Positions 42,762-53,315 of a DNA stretch of 64,000 nucleotides are shown here, piece by piece. Position 1 is the first letter of the stretch. Every line of letters begins with the position of its first letter. The DNA is from a virus. Taxonomy: Duplodnaviria; Heunggongvirae; Uroviricota; Caudoviricetes. A program made the translations under genes and the position numbers. The notes beneath the pieces are model-generated. The model worked only from the letters and a program-made list of their open reading frames with translations. It was not told where the DNA came from and ran no database searches. The stretch covers positions 36,147-100,146 of IMG/VR virus record IMGVR_UViG_3300042870_001427; one strand, 5' to 3'.

Positions 42762-45700
42762 ATGGCAATCGAGACAAATTTAAATGTAACACCTTACTTT
42801 GATGATTACGATGAAGAAAAGAATTATCATCGTATTCTCTTTAGACCGGGTGTTGCGCTTCAGGCACGTGAGTTAACCCAACTACAGACCATCCTTCAGA
42901 CTCAATTTGAAAGATTTGGTGATAATGTATACGTAAAAGGTACTATTATCGATGGTTGTAATATCTTTCCTGACTATGGGTACAATTACATTAAGATTAA
43001 CGACCTTCAAGAAGACGGTCAGCCTGTATCTTTAGGGTCTTATAGAGATCAACTTCTCATTCAAGAGGGGTATAATCTTCAGGCATTAACTATCGATAGT
43101 GTTGAGGGACTGCAGTCTCAAAATCCCGATCTTAACACTCTCTATATTAAGTACATTAATACAGGAAGTGCAGGACAAAAAGTATTCTCTAACAATGACG
43201 TTATTAAAGTATTTAATGTTAATCGTACAGTAGAAGAGATTAACATTATTGCCGGTGGTAGCCTGTATACAAACAGTGATGTGGTAGTTATTTCTGGCAC
43301 TACTGGAAGCGGTGCACTTGCAACTATTACTACTAACGGAGATGGTAAGATTGTTGATGTATCTATGGTAGCAAAAGGTACTGGATATACAACAGTACCT
43401 TCTATTAGTATTACTACTGCTGCTGGTGTAGGTGCAACACTTTCTGCGGTAAATTATATTGCCCAAATCCGAGTTGCAGATTCAACATATGCCGCGCCTG
43501 TAGGAAGAGGTGCAGCGGTTAAGACGGATAGAGGTATCATTTACCAAAAAGGTAATTTTGTACGTGTATCGCCACAGACAGCTATATTAGAGAAATATTC
43601 ACCAGTAGCAAATAATAAATCAGTTGGATTTGTTACAACAGAAGCAATTGTTAATAGTAACGTGGATTCATCCTTACTAGATTTAGCAACTGGCGCACCT
43701 AATTTTGCCGCTCCTGGTGCCAATCGATTACAACTTACCCCTACCTTATTAGTAGTCAATACTGAGGTAGGAGCAGCAAATAATGATTTTCTTCCGCTAC
43801 TAGAATTCCAAGACGGTAATATTGTTAGAAATAGAGACGCAACTCAATTTAATTCTATTAACAAAGAGCTAGCCCGTAGAACTTTTGAAGAAAGCGGTAA
43901 CTATGTTCTAGATACGTTTAGATTAGATACCAGTGCCGTAGGCGGCAACACAACTCACTTTAACCTTATCATTAGCCCAGGTACTGCGTATGTTAAGGGG
44001 GAGCGTATAAGTTTACTTAATAACACACGTACTCCTGTTCGTAAGGGTACCGACTCATCTAACGCTGTAAACCAAACTATTAATACACAGTATGGTAGTT
44101 ATGTAGTAGTTAAAGAGCTATCCGGTCTTTTTGAAATTAAAAACGGGACACAAGTCAACCTTCGTGATACCGCAGGTACCGATATTAGTGACAATTACGG
44201 AGGCACTCCTACCACTCCAGGCTCAGTCATCGGCACATCATATGTTAGATCAGTTGAGTACAATAGTGGTACACCAGGTACACCAGATTGTACATATAAG
44301 TTATACCTGTTTAACGTAGTTATGGCATCTGGTAAAAACTTTAAAGATGTAAGAAGCGTCACTGTTAATACGACTGCTATTGCTGACGTAGTATTAACCA
44401 ACGGATTGGCTGAGCTACAAGATCTACAAAACGACTCGCTTGTATTTAATACAGGTACCTTTGCAGTAAAAGAGTTAACCTCAGAGGAATTTATCTTTAG
44501 AACCTCTACTACTGCAACCCTTACAACTTCTGGTAATGTATCTGTATCATTCTCTGGCGCCAATATCCTTCCATATGGTATTGGTAACTTAAGTGATACT
44601 GATAAGCAGCAATTTATTATAGTTCCTCAGGCATCGTTTAGATATTCAGCAAATGTCGCCGGTACTGTATCAGCTAATACTCCTCAGACCAACGTCGTAG
44701 GTACGGGTACGCTATTTACTACTGCATTAAGAGTAGGGGATTATATCTCTATTGGTGATAGTGCACCCCAGCGTATTGCATACATTTACAACGATCAGCT
44801 ACTAGGTCTCGCCAATACATTTAGCGGGCTAAGTGGAGTAACTGCCAACGCTGTTGCCAACGCTGCATACGTTGCATTCCCAGCATATACCCCCGTAAAC
44901 ATGAACCGCACAGGGGCACCTGCGCGTACAATCTTTGCAGACTCTAATACCGGTCTTACAGTTAGTGTAGGGGCAGCTACCAACGTAGCAACTACATTTA
45001 CAATGTATCATAATCTTAAGAATTATGAGCCAGCGGTAAGAGTTAAAACTGTTAATAACCCAGTCTATGTTAAGCTTTCAACTGATAAACTAGCAGGTAC
45101 AACTACCGGGCCTTGGTGTTTGGGTGTACCTGATGTATATGCACTAGATGCAGTTTACGTTGGTGCAAGTAACTCTTATTCAGAATCAACTACTAATTAC
45201 GTTGATGAATTCATTATTCAGAGTGGCCAAAAAGATAATTACTACGGGCTATCTTATCTTGCTAAAAAACCAGGATCTACTTTAAGCTTAACTGCCACCA
45301 GTTGTCTGGTAGTAAAGGTTAAATCCTTTACACACGGTTCAGGTAAGTACATGTCTACTGAATCATATCCTATTGATGACACTACAACTACCTTGCCTTC
45401 TAATAAGATTAGAACAGAGACAATTCCAATTTATATTTCGCCAACGTCCGGTGAGGCTATCTCATTAAGAGATGCTGTAGATTTTAGACCTATAGTTGCT
45501 AATACAGCCTCTACATCAGCATCAACATTGGCCGCTGCCTCTATTGATCCGCCAGCAACAGAGACATTTATAGCTGGTGAAAAGTTCTTCCCATGCCCTT
45601 CTAGAAGTTTTGAGACTACTATAGAGTCATACATGTCTCGTGTAGATAGAGTAGTTATTACTACTACTGGTAGGGTAAGAACTATAGAAGGTATCCCATC

Positions 45701-48700
45701 AAATACTCCTCTACCTCCACCACCTGAAGTAGATACAATGAGTATCGGTACTGTAGCTATCGCACCTTTCCCAAGTCTTACCTCTAAGGCTGCTTCAGTA
45801 GCAAAACGACCTGATCTTAAGAACACAATCACTCTTTCTCAAACTCGTAGATATACGATGAATGATATTAACGCGCTTGAGGAAAGAATTCAGAGATTAG
45901 AATACTATACCTTACTTAATACTATTGAGGCTGATACAAAGAATTTAACCTTGCCAAGTGAGGCTAATACCTCTTTTGAGCGCTTTAAAAATGGTTTCTT
46001 TGTAGATGCATTTAGTGACTATCAAATTTCAAACATTAATGATGGTGAGTATAAGGCACTAATTAATACTAATGAATCAAAACTAACCCCTCAACAAGAA
46101 CTTATATCTGTAGATCTTAAGTATTCTAATGCCGGAACTAATACCACCAAGCTTGGAGATTTAGTAACGTTACCTTATACTACCACCACATTGGTCAGTC
46201 AGCCACATGCAAATAAAGAGAGAACATTAGTAACTGGCTATTGGAATTTTGCCGGTAAGATGATTGTTATTCCTAGAGTAGATAACTTCTTTGATACAGA
46301 TGTCGTAAGTACATCGGTCATTGATATTAATATCGCAGATCCTATTAATGCACTAACTAATTCTGTTAATGATGCGTTAGGTAAATTAAACTTAACCCCT
46401 AACAATATTAAAGTTAGCTCAGGTGGTATTCAAGAGGGTGCAACTACAGTAAATACTACTGACTACGGCGGATGGGGTACAAGACAAACCAATAGAAACT
46501 TCTCTGAAACTCTAACTACCACTAAAACTGATACATTTCAAAAGATTAAACCTGCACCCACCGTTTCATCCACCCAGAATGTAGGTAACTTCTTAAAGAG
46601 CGTACAAGTTAATCCTTACATTAGAGAGCAGAGAATTGCATTACATGTATCCGGATTAAGACCTGGTGCCCAGCACTACGTGTTTTTTGATGGAGTAGAT
46701 ATTACATCATTCTGTTCTCCTGCTACCATAACTGACCCCAATAACGCTACTCTGAATAGCTTCTTACCTATTTACAACAAAGGTACAAGCCCTCCGCTTG
46801 AAGCTAACGCCAGCGGAGTACTAGCCCTAGTAGTTTATTTACCAGGTGATACCTTTACTACAGGTGAAAAAGAATTCCTGGTCATGGATGTAAGCACCCT
46901 TGCATCTGAATCAGGAGCAACATCTAAGAGTACCGGTAAGTTTTCATCATTCTCTATTAGCGGTACATCTGGTGCAATTACAACCAGTACAAAATCTTTT
47001 GATTTAGCCCAGAAAGATACATTCGGTGTGTCCACCTATCAAGACACCCAGGTAATAAATCAGACCACTAATAAGTGGGCGGTATCTACTGTAGAGGGTT
47101 GGGGCTATATGCCTCCTGGTACCGATCCTTTAGCCCAGACATTTTATGTTCACCCACAGGATTCATCTGAGTTCATGCACTTGTCTGCTATTGAAATATT
47201 CTTTAAACAGAAAGATACAACAAAAGGAGTTACCTTAGACATTAGAGAAGTTAGTGATGAGGGCGCAGTAAGACCTTTCATTGTACCATTTGGTACAGTA
47301 TATAAATCATCTGCTAACGTCAGTGTGAGTAATAATGCAAGCGTGGGTACTATGTTTAACTTCCCGTCTCCTGTACAGGTAAAGACTGGTAGAGAGTATG
47401 CTATCGTACTAACCCCAGATGCAGCGTCACCTGACTATAGAGTTTGGACTGCTATTCCAGGTATACCGGACGTATTAGATACTACCAAGACACCTAATAA
47501 GTCTTGGGGTGAAGGTACTCTGTTTTACTCTACCAGTAATAGATCATTTACTGCTGTACAAGACGAAGATATTAAATTTAAGGTATATAGAGCTGAGTTT
47601 ACCTCAACTACTGGAACCCTTCAAATGACCAATGATGATACGGAGTATTTGACTATTGCCAATAATTCCGGGTCGTTTACGGGCGGTGAAGAGGTAGCCC
47701 AACTTGCAAATTCATATCTAAATAGCACCATTACTACTAATACATCAAGCTCTACCATTACAACTGGTAGTAGCCTATCATCGGTATTAGCTGCCAACGA
47801 TACGGTATTAATTGTTTATGGTACTGCTAATAATGTAGGAACTGGCACTGTAACTTCTTCTACCATTACTATTACTAACGCCACCGCTACTAGTACCGGG
47901 TTTACCACAAAGTATGCCAATGGGGACTTTATTAGAATTGGTAATGAGGTAAGACAGGTCATTAGTGTTACAAGTAATGACTCTCTAACTATAGATGCCC
48001 CACTTAATACCGCAGCATCAGGAGCTGCACATTACAGTGTTGATGAACAGTATGATGTGCTAAGAGTTCAATCTGCTAATTCAACTGCTATTGTAGTAAA
48101 TAGACCACCAGCATATACTGTTAGTTCAAGTCTTGCTGCAAGCATTCAAAGAGTTGTTAGCGGAAGAGTAGGTTATTATAACTCTACCAAAGGTAAATTG
48201 TACCTAAAAGACTCTAATGCATCCAACAGTCTGTTTAAAGTGTTTACCTCTAACAGCACATACAATGCATTATTGGTAGGAGATAATTCTAATGCATCGG
48301 CTAAAGTATCATCAGTTGATAATATTGATGTAGCATCCTTTAATCCGTTCATCACCAATATAGTTACCCAAGGCACATCTATTACTCCTTCGTTAACTGT
48401 TTCTAAGTCATCGAATAGTTCTGCTACTGCGACTCTGTCTTATCTACTAAATGGTAAGACAGACGTAGGGTTAAATGATACAGCAGTGGTTAAGAGTAAG
48501 TCAAATGAGATTGACGGTGCAGTTCTAACTAAATCTCTTAATACTACTCTGACTCTTGAGACATCATATACTACTACATCACCTATCGTAGATGTTTCAC
48601 CTGCATCATTAGTATTCAGTAAATATTTAATTAACAATAGCGTTACTGATGAAAATACAAGATACGGAAATGCAAGCTGCAAATACGTTTCTAAGAGACT

Positions 48701-49367
48701 AGTACTAGCCGATGGCCTGGATGCTGAAGACATTAAAGTATTCATCTCCGCCTACAAGCCTTCAGGTACCAATATCTACGTTTATGCCAAGGTTCTTAAT
48801 GCTGCCGATCAAGATGCATTTGAAGATAAAGACTGGTCATTACTTGATCAAGTTACATCTTCAAGTCTATTCAGTGCATCTTTAAACGAGAATGATATTA
48901 GAGAATATGAATACACATTTAAGTATTCCCCAACCGTATCTGTATTAGCAGGTTACGGAACGGCCAATACCGGTAATACAACCATTACAGGCTCTAATAC
49001 CGCTTTCTCATCAGCCCTAACTACTGACGATATTGTTAAGATAGTTAGAACCAGTTCAACCAGTGATTACTTTATTAGCCCGGTTGCTAATGTTGCTAGT
49101 GATACTTCTATTACTCTTGAGAACCCAGTTACATTTAACAGCACCAGCCCTGGTACTGCAATAACTGGTCTGACTATTGAAAAGGTTACCAATCGTAAGG
49201 AAGCCTTCAAGTACAATCAGAACTCTAACATCGCAAGATACTATACTAAAAATCAAGAAGCTATGGACTCTTACAAGTACATGGCATTGAAAATAGTACT
49301 GACTTCGGATACCACCTACCTGGTACCTAAGTTAGATGATGTAAGGGCTATAGCAGTCTCGGTGTAA
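42762..49367 (+). CDS. large structural protein, VrlC/DUF4815-like
   Basis: N.TPYFDDYD..KNYHRILFRPG.A.QARELTQLQ, APGA.R, LARRT.EESG.Y, RF.NGF.VD.F, DPLAQTF. Confidence 0.85.
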   Translation: MAIETNLNVTPYFDDYDEEKNYHRILFRPGVALQARELTQLQTILQTQFERFGDNVYVKGTIIDGCNIFPDYGYNYIKINDLQEDGQPVSLGSYRDQLLIQEGYNLQALTIDSVEGLQSQNPDLNTLYIKYINTGSAGQKVFSNNDVIKVFNVNRTVEEINIIAGGSLYTNSDVVVISGTTGSGALATITTNGDGKIVDVSMVAKGTGYTTVPSISITTAAGVGATLSAVNYIAQIRVADSTYAAPVGRGAAVKTDRGIIYQKGNFVRVSPQTAILEKYSPVANNKSVGFVTTEAIVNSNVDSSLLDLATGAPNFAAPGANRLQLTPTLLVVNTEVGAANNDFLPLLEFQDGNIVRNRDATQFNSINKELARRTFEESGNYVLDTFRLDTSAVGGNTTHFNLIISPGTAYVKGERISLLNNTRTPVRKGTDSSNAVNQTINTQYGSYVVVKELSGLFEIKNGTQVNLRDTAGTDISDNYGGTPTTPGSVIGTSYVRSVEYNSGTPGTPDCTYKLYLFNVVMASGKNFKDVRSVTVNTTAIADVVLTNGLAELQDLQNDSLVFNTGTFAVKELTSEEFIFRTSTTATLTTSGNVSVSFSGANILPYGIGNLSDTDKQQFIIVPQASFRYSANVAGTVSANTPQTNVVGTGTLFTTALRVGDYISIGDSAPQRIAYIYNDQLLGLANTFSGLSGVTANAVANAAYVAFPAYTPVNMNRTGAPARTIFADSNTGLTVSVGAATNVATTFTMYHNLKNYEPAVRVKTVNNPVYVKLSTDKLAGTTTGPWCLGVPDVYALDAVYVGASNSYSESTTNYVDEFIIQSGQKDNYYGLSYLAKKPGSTLSLTATSCLVVKVKSFTHGSGKYMSTESYPIDDTTTTLPSNKIRTETIPIYISPTSGEAISLRDAVDFRPIVANTASTSASTLAAASIDPPATETFIAGEKFFPCPSRSFETTIESYMSRVDRVVITTTGRVRTIEGIPSNTPLPPPPEVDTMSIGTVAIAPFPSLTSKAASVAKRPDLKNTITLSQTRRYTMNDINALEERIQRLEYYTLLNTIEADTKNLTLPSEANTSFERFKNGFFVDAFSDYQISNINDGEYKALINTNESKLTPQQELISVDLKYSNAGTNTTKLGDLVTLPYTTTTLVSQPHANKERTLVTGYWNFAGKMIVIPRVDNFFDTDVVSTSVIDINIADPINALTNSVNDALGKLNLTPNNIKVSSGGIQEGATTVNTTDYGGWGTRQTNRNFSETLTTTKTDTFQKIKPAPTVSSTQNVGNFLKSVQVNPYIREQRIALHVSGLRPGAQHYVFFDGVDITSFCSPATITDPNNATLNSFLPIYNKGTSPPLEANASGVLALVVYLPGDTFTTGEKEFLVMDVSTLASESGATSKSTGKFSSFSISGTSGAITTSTKSFDLAQKDTFGVSTYQDTQVINQTTNKWAVSTVEGWGYMPPGTDPLAQTFYVHPQDSSEFMHLSAIEIFFKQKDTTKGVTLDIREVSDEGAVRPFIVPFGTVYKSSANVSVSNNASVGTMFNFPSPVQVKTGREYAIVLTPDAASPDYRVWTAIPGIPDVLDTTKTPNKSWGEGTLFYSTSNRSFTAVQDEDIKFKVYRAEFTSTTGTLQMTNDDTEYLTIANNSGSFTGGEEVAQLANSYLNSTITTNTSSSTITTGSSLSSVLAANDTVLIVYGTANNVGTGTVTSSTITITNATATSTGFTTKYANGDFIRIGNEVRQVISVTSNDSLTIDAPLNTAASGAAHYSVDEQYDVLRVQSANSTAIVVNRPPAYTVSSSLAASIQRVVSGRVGYYNSTKGKLYLKDSNASNSLFKVFTSNSTYNALLVGDNSNASAKVSSVDNIDVASFNPFITNIVTQGTSITPSLTVSKSSNSSATATLSYLLNGKTDVGLNDTAVVKSKSNEIDGAVLTKSLNTTLTLETSYTTTSPIVDVSPASLVFSKYLINNSVTDENTRYGNASCKYVSKRLVLADGLDAEDIKVFISAYKPSGTNIYVYAKVLNAADQDAFEDKDWSLLDQVTSSSLFSASLNENDIREYEYTFKYSPTVSVLAGYGTANTGNTTITGSNTAFSSALTTDDIVKIVRTSSTSDYFISPVANVASDTSITLENPVTFNSTSPGTAITGLTIEKVTNRKEAFKYNQNSNIARYYTKNQEAMDSYKYMALKIVLTSDTTYLVPKLDDVRAIAVSV

Positions 49368-49368
49368 C

Positions 49369-49578
49369 ATGATTAAAACTGATGATCCTAATTTTGTCAG
49401 AGACGAAGGAACAAACGCATTGATAAATACCAATGTTAAAGCGTTTAAATTATACAAACAACAGCGCGAAAGCATGACCGCTCAAGCGCAAAACGAGCAA
49501 GAAATAAACGATCTCAAGCAGAAATTGCTTGAGATGGACGCTCTTATAAAAAATTTAATCAGAGAAAAGAATGGCTAA
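49369..49578 (+). CDS. small coiled-coil structural/chaperone protein
   Basis: VRD..TNALIN pattern, typically found after VrlC-like genes. Confidence 0.7.
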   Translation: MIKTDDPNFVRDEGTNALINTNVKAFKLYKQQRESMTAQAQNEQEINDLKQKLLEMDALIKNLIREKNG

Positions 49579-50959
49579 ACCAGTTTCCAATGTTGTAATT
49601 GCAACCGATACATTTGCCGGCTTGATTGGTAAGACCAACATATTAACCGACGCCCTTACAAATTTAATCGTATCTGTGGAGGGTTCTACAAGCGGTGCTA
49701 ACGTTACAGGTAACGGTAGTGTTATCGGTATACTGACAGCTAACACTTATGCTGCAACCCTCGTCAGGGGTGGTAGTGCTGGTAATACAGCCAACATCAG
49801 CACCTTAACATTAGGGGTTGCAAATAGTACTACATCCTCTAACTTAATTATTACTGGATACACAGCCAACGTCTCTGCTAATAATTTAAACATTACTTCT
49901 AATTCAACAGTAAATGCAGCTGCACTGACAGTAAACGTAGCAACTATTGGCATATACGGCAATACGACACTAGGTTCAAACTCTTCCCATAATAATACTT
50001 TAAACGGCAATACACTAACAGTAACATCTAATACTACAGTCAATGCAGCCGCCTTCACCCTTAACGTTGCAACCATAAGCGTATACGGTAATACCACTAT
50101 CGGATCTAACACCACACACAACTTGACCGCCGTTGGTAACGTTGGTAATGTGGTAATGGTACAACTTAACATTCCGTCTAATACTTACATTAATGCATCT
50201 AACGTTTCTGTTAATGGTGCAAACGTTTCAGTATCTGGTGGGCAAGTTAACCTTACATCTAACTTAAATGTATCCGCAGCATACGGTATTATTACTGGTA
50301 ACGTATTTGTTGGTAATGCAGTTGCAACTCCTGTAATCAGAGGTGGTAATGTAGAGAGTGGAAGCACTCTTACCATTGGCTCATCTACCTCAAACGTAAC
50401 TGTTGTTGGTCTGACATCTAACGTTAACAGCAATACATTAAATATTACATCTAATAGCTATATTAATGCAGCCAACGTTACTGTCAATACCTCTTTATTC
50501 ACTGTAAACACATCTAGTTACTATACTATTAATGCAGGTGACACGGTAAGAGTAAGTAACTCAATGGTTATTTCTAACGGTTCATTGACCGTAAATAACT
50601 CAGTATCGGTTTATAGTAACTCCTCTTCAAGAGTCACCTCTACGGCATTAGGATCAGTATTAACATTTCCTAATTCTTCAACCGCCAACCTGGTTGATAG
50701 CTTTGCAATTGCGGATTTCACCTCTGCTAAATATACCATTACAGCAATTAATACAGCTGACACAGAGAAAAAGACTATGTCTGAGTTGAGTGTTGTATAT
50801 GGATCAGGTAATGCGCACATGACTGAATACGGTACTATTTACGTTGATACCCAGTTCGCTACATATACAATTAACGCCACCTCTACTGCTGTCAGACTAT
50901 ACGCACTCTCGACTGTTGGGTCAGTAGCATTTAAGATGTTGAGAGTTGCACTAACATAA
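49571..50959 (+). CDS. fibre-like structural protein with C-terminal adaptor domain
   Basis: DTF..LI.KTN N-terminus; N/T/V-rich repeats; C-terminal D.F....SAKY....TEYG domain. Confidence 0.7.
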   Translation: MAKPVSNVVIATDTFAGLIGKTNILTDALTNLIVSVEGSTSGANVTGNGSVIGILTANTYAATLVRGGSAGNTANISTLTLGVANSTTSSNLIITGYTANVSANNLNITSNSTVNAAALTVNVATIGIYGNTTLGSNSSHNNTLNGNTLTVTSNTTVNAAAFTLNVATISVYGNTTIGSNTTHNLTAVGNVGNVVMVQLNIPSNTYINASNVSVNGANVSVSGGQVNLTSNLNVSAAYGIITGNVFVGNAVATPVIRGGNVESGSTLTIGSSTSNVTVVGLTSNVNSNTLNITSNSYINAANVTVNTSLFTVNTSSYYTINAGDTVRVSNSMVISNGSLTVNNSVSVYSNSSSRVTSTALGSVLTFPNSSTANLVDSFAIADFTSAKYTITAINTADTEKKTMSELSVVYGSGNAHMTEYGTIYVDTQFATYTINATSTAVRLYALSTVGSVAFKMLRVALT

Positions 50960-50978
50960 CAATAATAAGAATCACTTA

Positions 50979-50998
50979 TTAGCGGAAAGGGAAGCTAA
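50979..50998 (+). promoter_or_regulatory. RBS-containing hairpin, copy 1
   Basis: TTAGC-GGAAAGGGAA-GCTAA abutting the ATG. Confidence 0.55.
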
Positions 50999-52938
50999 TG
51001 GCAGCGAATACGCAAAATTTTAGAGTCAAGTACGGCCTAGACGTTACAGAGACGGCAAATGTTGGAAGTACACTAGGAGTAACCGGGGTTGCTACATTTA
51101 GCAATAACGTGGTTATCCAGGGCACACTACAAGTAGTCAACTCTGTTTCTTTTTCTACAACAGTCGATTTAGGTACCAGTGAAATTGTTCTATTAAAGGA
51201 TGTTATTGGTGCACCATCTCTGGATGCCCAGTTAACAGTAAATAGAGGCACATCAGCTGACGTAAATATCAGATGGGACGAGACACTAGATCAATGGAGA
51301 TTTACCAATGATGGTACTCTATTCTTCCCGTTACGTACATATGCCGATGTAACCTATCAGTTCAGTACCACAACAGCAACAAACACCGACCCAAGTGGCG
51401 GTAAGTTTAGACTTAATAACGCATCCCCTGCATCAGTTACTCAAATTGCAATTAGCGAGACTGAGTTCAGTACAACAGATGTATCTGCATTTATAGATGC
51501 ATTAGATGATAGTAATAGCGCGGCACCTAAGGGATACTTACTATTAAGAAGCTCAAAGAACGTAGGTAGGTTCATAGTTTATTCTATTACCTCTGTTACT
51601 ACACAGACCGGTTATAGACAAATTGCCGTCACACATGTATCAGGTACCACCTTGTTTGATAACGACGATGTTATCTTTATATCATTCTCACGTACCGGTG
51701 AAAAGGGTCAAAAGGGTGAAAGAGTAAGCAGCGGGACCTTTACTGATGCCAATAACACCACTACCTTTACGAACTCTGACTCATCTACCTTTCTTGTTAC
51801 CGGGCTTAAGGGCCAAAAAGGTGAGAGAATTAATAGTGCGGCATTTACTGACGCTAATAACACTACTGTATTCACCAATTCCGACTCTTCAACATTTCTT
51901 GTTACTGGATTAAAAGGTCAAAAAGGTGAGAAGGGCGAGAGAGTAAGTAGTGCAACCTTTACAGACGCCAACAACACTACAGTATTTACTAATTCGGATT
52001 CAACTACCTTTCTAGTCACCGGGCTCAAAGGTCAAAAGGGTGAAAGAGTTAGCAGTGCTGCCTTTACAGATGGTACCAACACCACCACATTCACTAATTC
52101 CGACTCCTCTACCTTTACCGTAACCGGATTAAAAGGCCAGAAGGGTGAGATAGGTGATAAGGGTAATAAAGGCGATAAGGGTGAAAGAGTAAGCAGCGGG
52201 GCTTTTACTGATGCCAATAATACCACTACCTTTACGAACTCTGACTCATCTACCTTTCTTGTTACCGGGCTTAAGGGCCAAAAGGGCGAGATAGGCGATA
52301 AGGGTAATAAGGGTGAAGTAGGTCAAAAAGGTGAAGTAGGTCAAAAAGGTGAAGTAGGTCAAAAGGGCCAAAAAGGTGAGGCAGTTGCCTCAGCCTCGTT
52401 TAATGACGGAGCAAACTCCCTAACATTTACTAACTCTGATGCATCTACATTCTCAGTAACTGGAGTCAAGGGTCAAAAGGGTGATAAAGGTGTAGATGGT
52501 TCTTCGATTAAAGGTGATACGGGTACTAAGGGAGAGCCTGGAGGATTTACTACTGCTTCTAATGCCCAGGTAAACTCTTTAGGGGTTGGGGAGTCTGCCA
52601 GTGCAGTAGCCGGTAGAATTAATTGTACCAGCATATACTCTTATTCCTTCTTCTATACCTCTAACAAACACTTAAAGTATGACATTGCCGGGGTTGAGAA
52701 TAGTCTTGAACTTATTAAGAAGCTTAACCCGGTAGAGTTTAAGTGGAAGAAAGACGGCACTACAGATACTGGATTTATTGCACAAGAGGTGTTAGAATGG
52801 ATGCCAAGGGCTGTCTCCAATGATGGGGATGATATTGCAATTAAGTATAACGTAATTATAGCCCATCTCACAAAAGCCGTTCAGGAATTGAGTGGACAGG
52901 TGGAAGTACTAACTAAGAAATTAGAGGGTATAGGATGA
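50998..52938 (+). CDS. tail fibre with Gly-X-Lys collagen segments and C-terminal peptidase S74-like chaperone
   Basis: GQKGEKG/GEVGQK triplets; S....LKYDI......L..I.KL.PV.F.WK...GFIAQEV. Confidence 0.85.
   Translation: MAANTQNFRVKYGLDVTETANVGSTLGVTGVATFSNNVVIQGTLQVVNSVSFSTTVDLGTSEIVLLKDVIGAPSLDAQLTVNRGTSADVNIRWDETLDQWRFTNDGTLFFPLRTYADVTYQFSTTTATNTDPSGGKFRLNNASPASVTQIAISETEFSTTDVSAFIDALDDSNSAAPKGYLLLRSSKNVGRFIVYSITSVTTQTGYRQIAVTHVSGTTLFDNDDVIFISFSRTGEKGQKGERVSSGTFTDANNTTTFTNSDSSTFLVTGLKGQKGERINSAAFTDANNTTVFTNSDSSTFLVTGLKGQKGEKGERVSSATFTDANNTTVFTNSDSTTFLVTGLKGQKGERVSSAAFTDGTNTTTFTNSDSSTFTVTGLKGQKGEIGDKGNKGDKGERVSSGAFTDANNTTTFTNSDSSTFLVTGLKGQKGEIGDKGNKGEVGQKGEVGQKGEVGQKGQKGEAVASASFNDGANSLTFTNSDASTFSVTGVKGQKGDKGVDGSSIKGDTGTKGEPGGFTTASNAQVNSLGVGESASAVAGRINCTSIYSYSFFYTSNKHLKYDIAGVENSLELIKKLNPVEFKWKKDGTTDTGFIAQEVLEWMPRAVSNDGDDIAIKYNVIIAHLTKAVQELSGQVEVLTKKLEGIG
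51700..52560 (+). repeat. internal repeats: six ~31-45 aa modules plus an 18-nt tandem repeat
   Basis: ERVSSxxFTDANNTTxFTNSDSSTFLVTGLKGQKG units; GGTCAAAAAGGTGAAGTA tandem near 52312-52365. Confidence 0.9.
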
Positions 52939-53315
52939 AGTCATTAAGCGTTTCTCAACTTAATACTACAATTAACAACAGTAAGAACACAGATAAAAAT
53001 GATATAGTTTTTACTTATTGTTCTACAGATGAAGCACAAGTACAATTAATTACTAGCCTGGATGACGCTACCATTAATAATGCCACACTTTATAAAGTCG
53101 ATGTAGGAAGCACCCCTCCTGTTTTTGCCGTGCAGCATCTACCAGCGGTCACGGTTTTTAAGGGCGGAGTAAAAAATTCGGAATTTGCCATCGACGTAAA
53201 AGTTGAGACCAGCTCACTTCTAACAACCCTAGATACTAATATTAATACAGTTAATATGTCCTTCAGCCCCTTCATGATAGGTAGCTCGTCAAATACAGAA
53301 GGTGTTAATCAATAA
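52935..53315 (+). CDS. thioredoxin-fold protein lacking CxxC
   Basis: YKVDV.......F.V..LPAV.VFKGG. Confidence 0.6.
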   Translation: MKSLSVSQLNTTINNSKNTDKNDIVFTYCSTDEAQVQLITSLDDATINNATLYKVDVGSTPPVFAVQHLPAVTVFKGGVKNSEFAIDVKVETSSLLTTLDTNINTVNMSFSPFMIGSSSNTEGVNQ

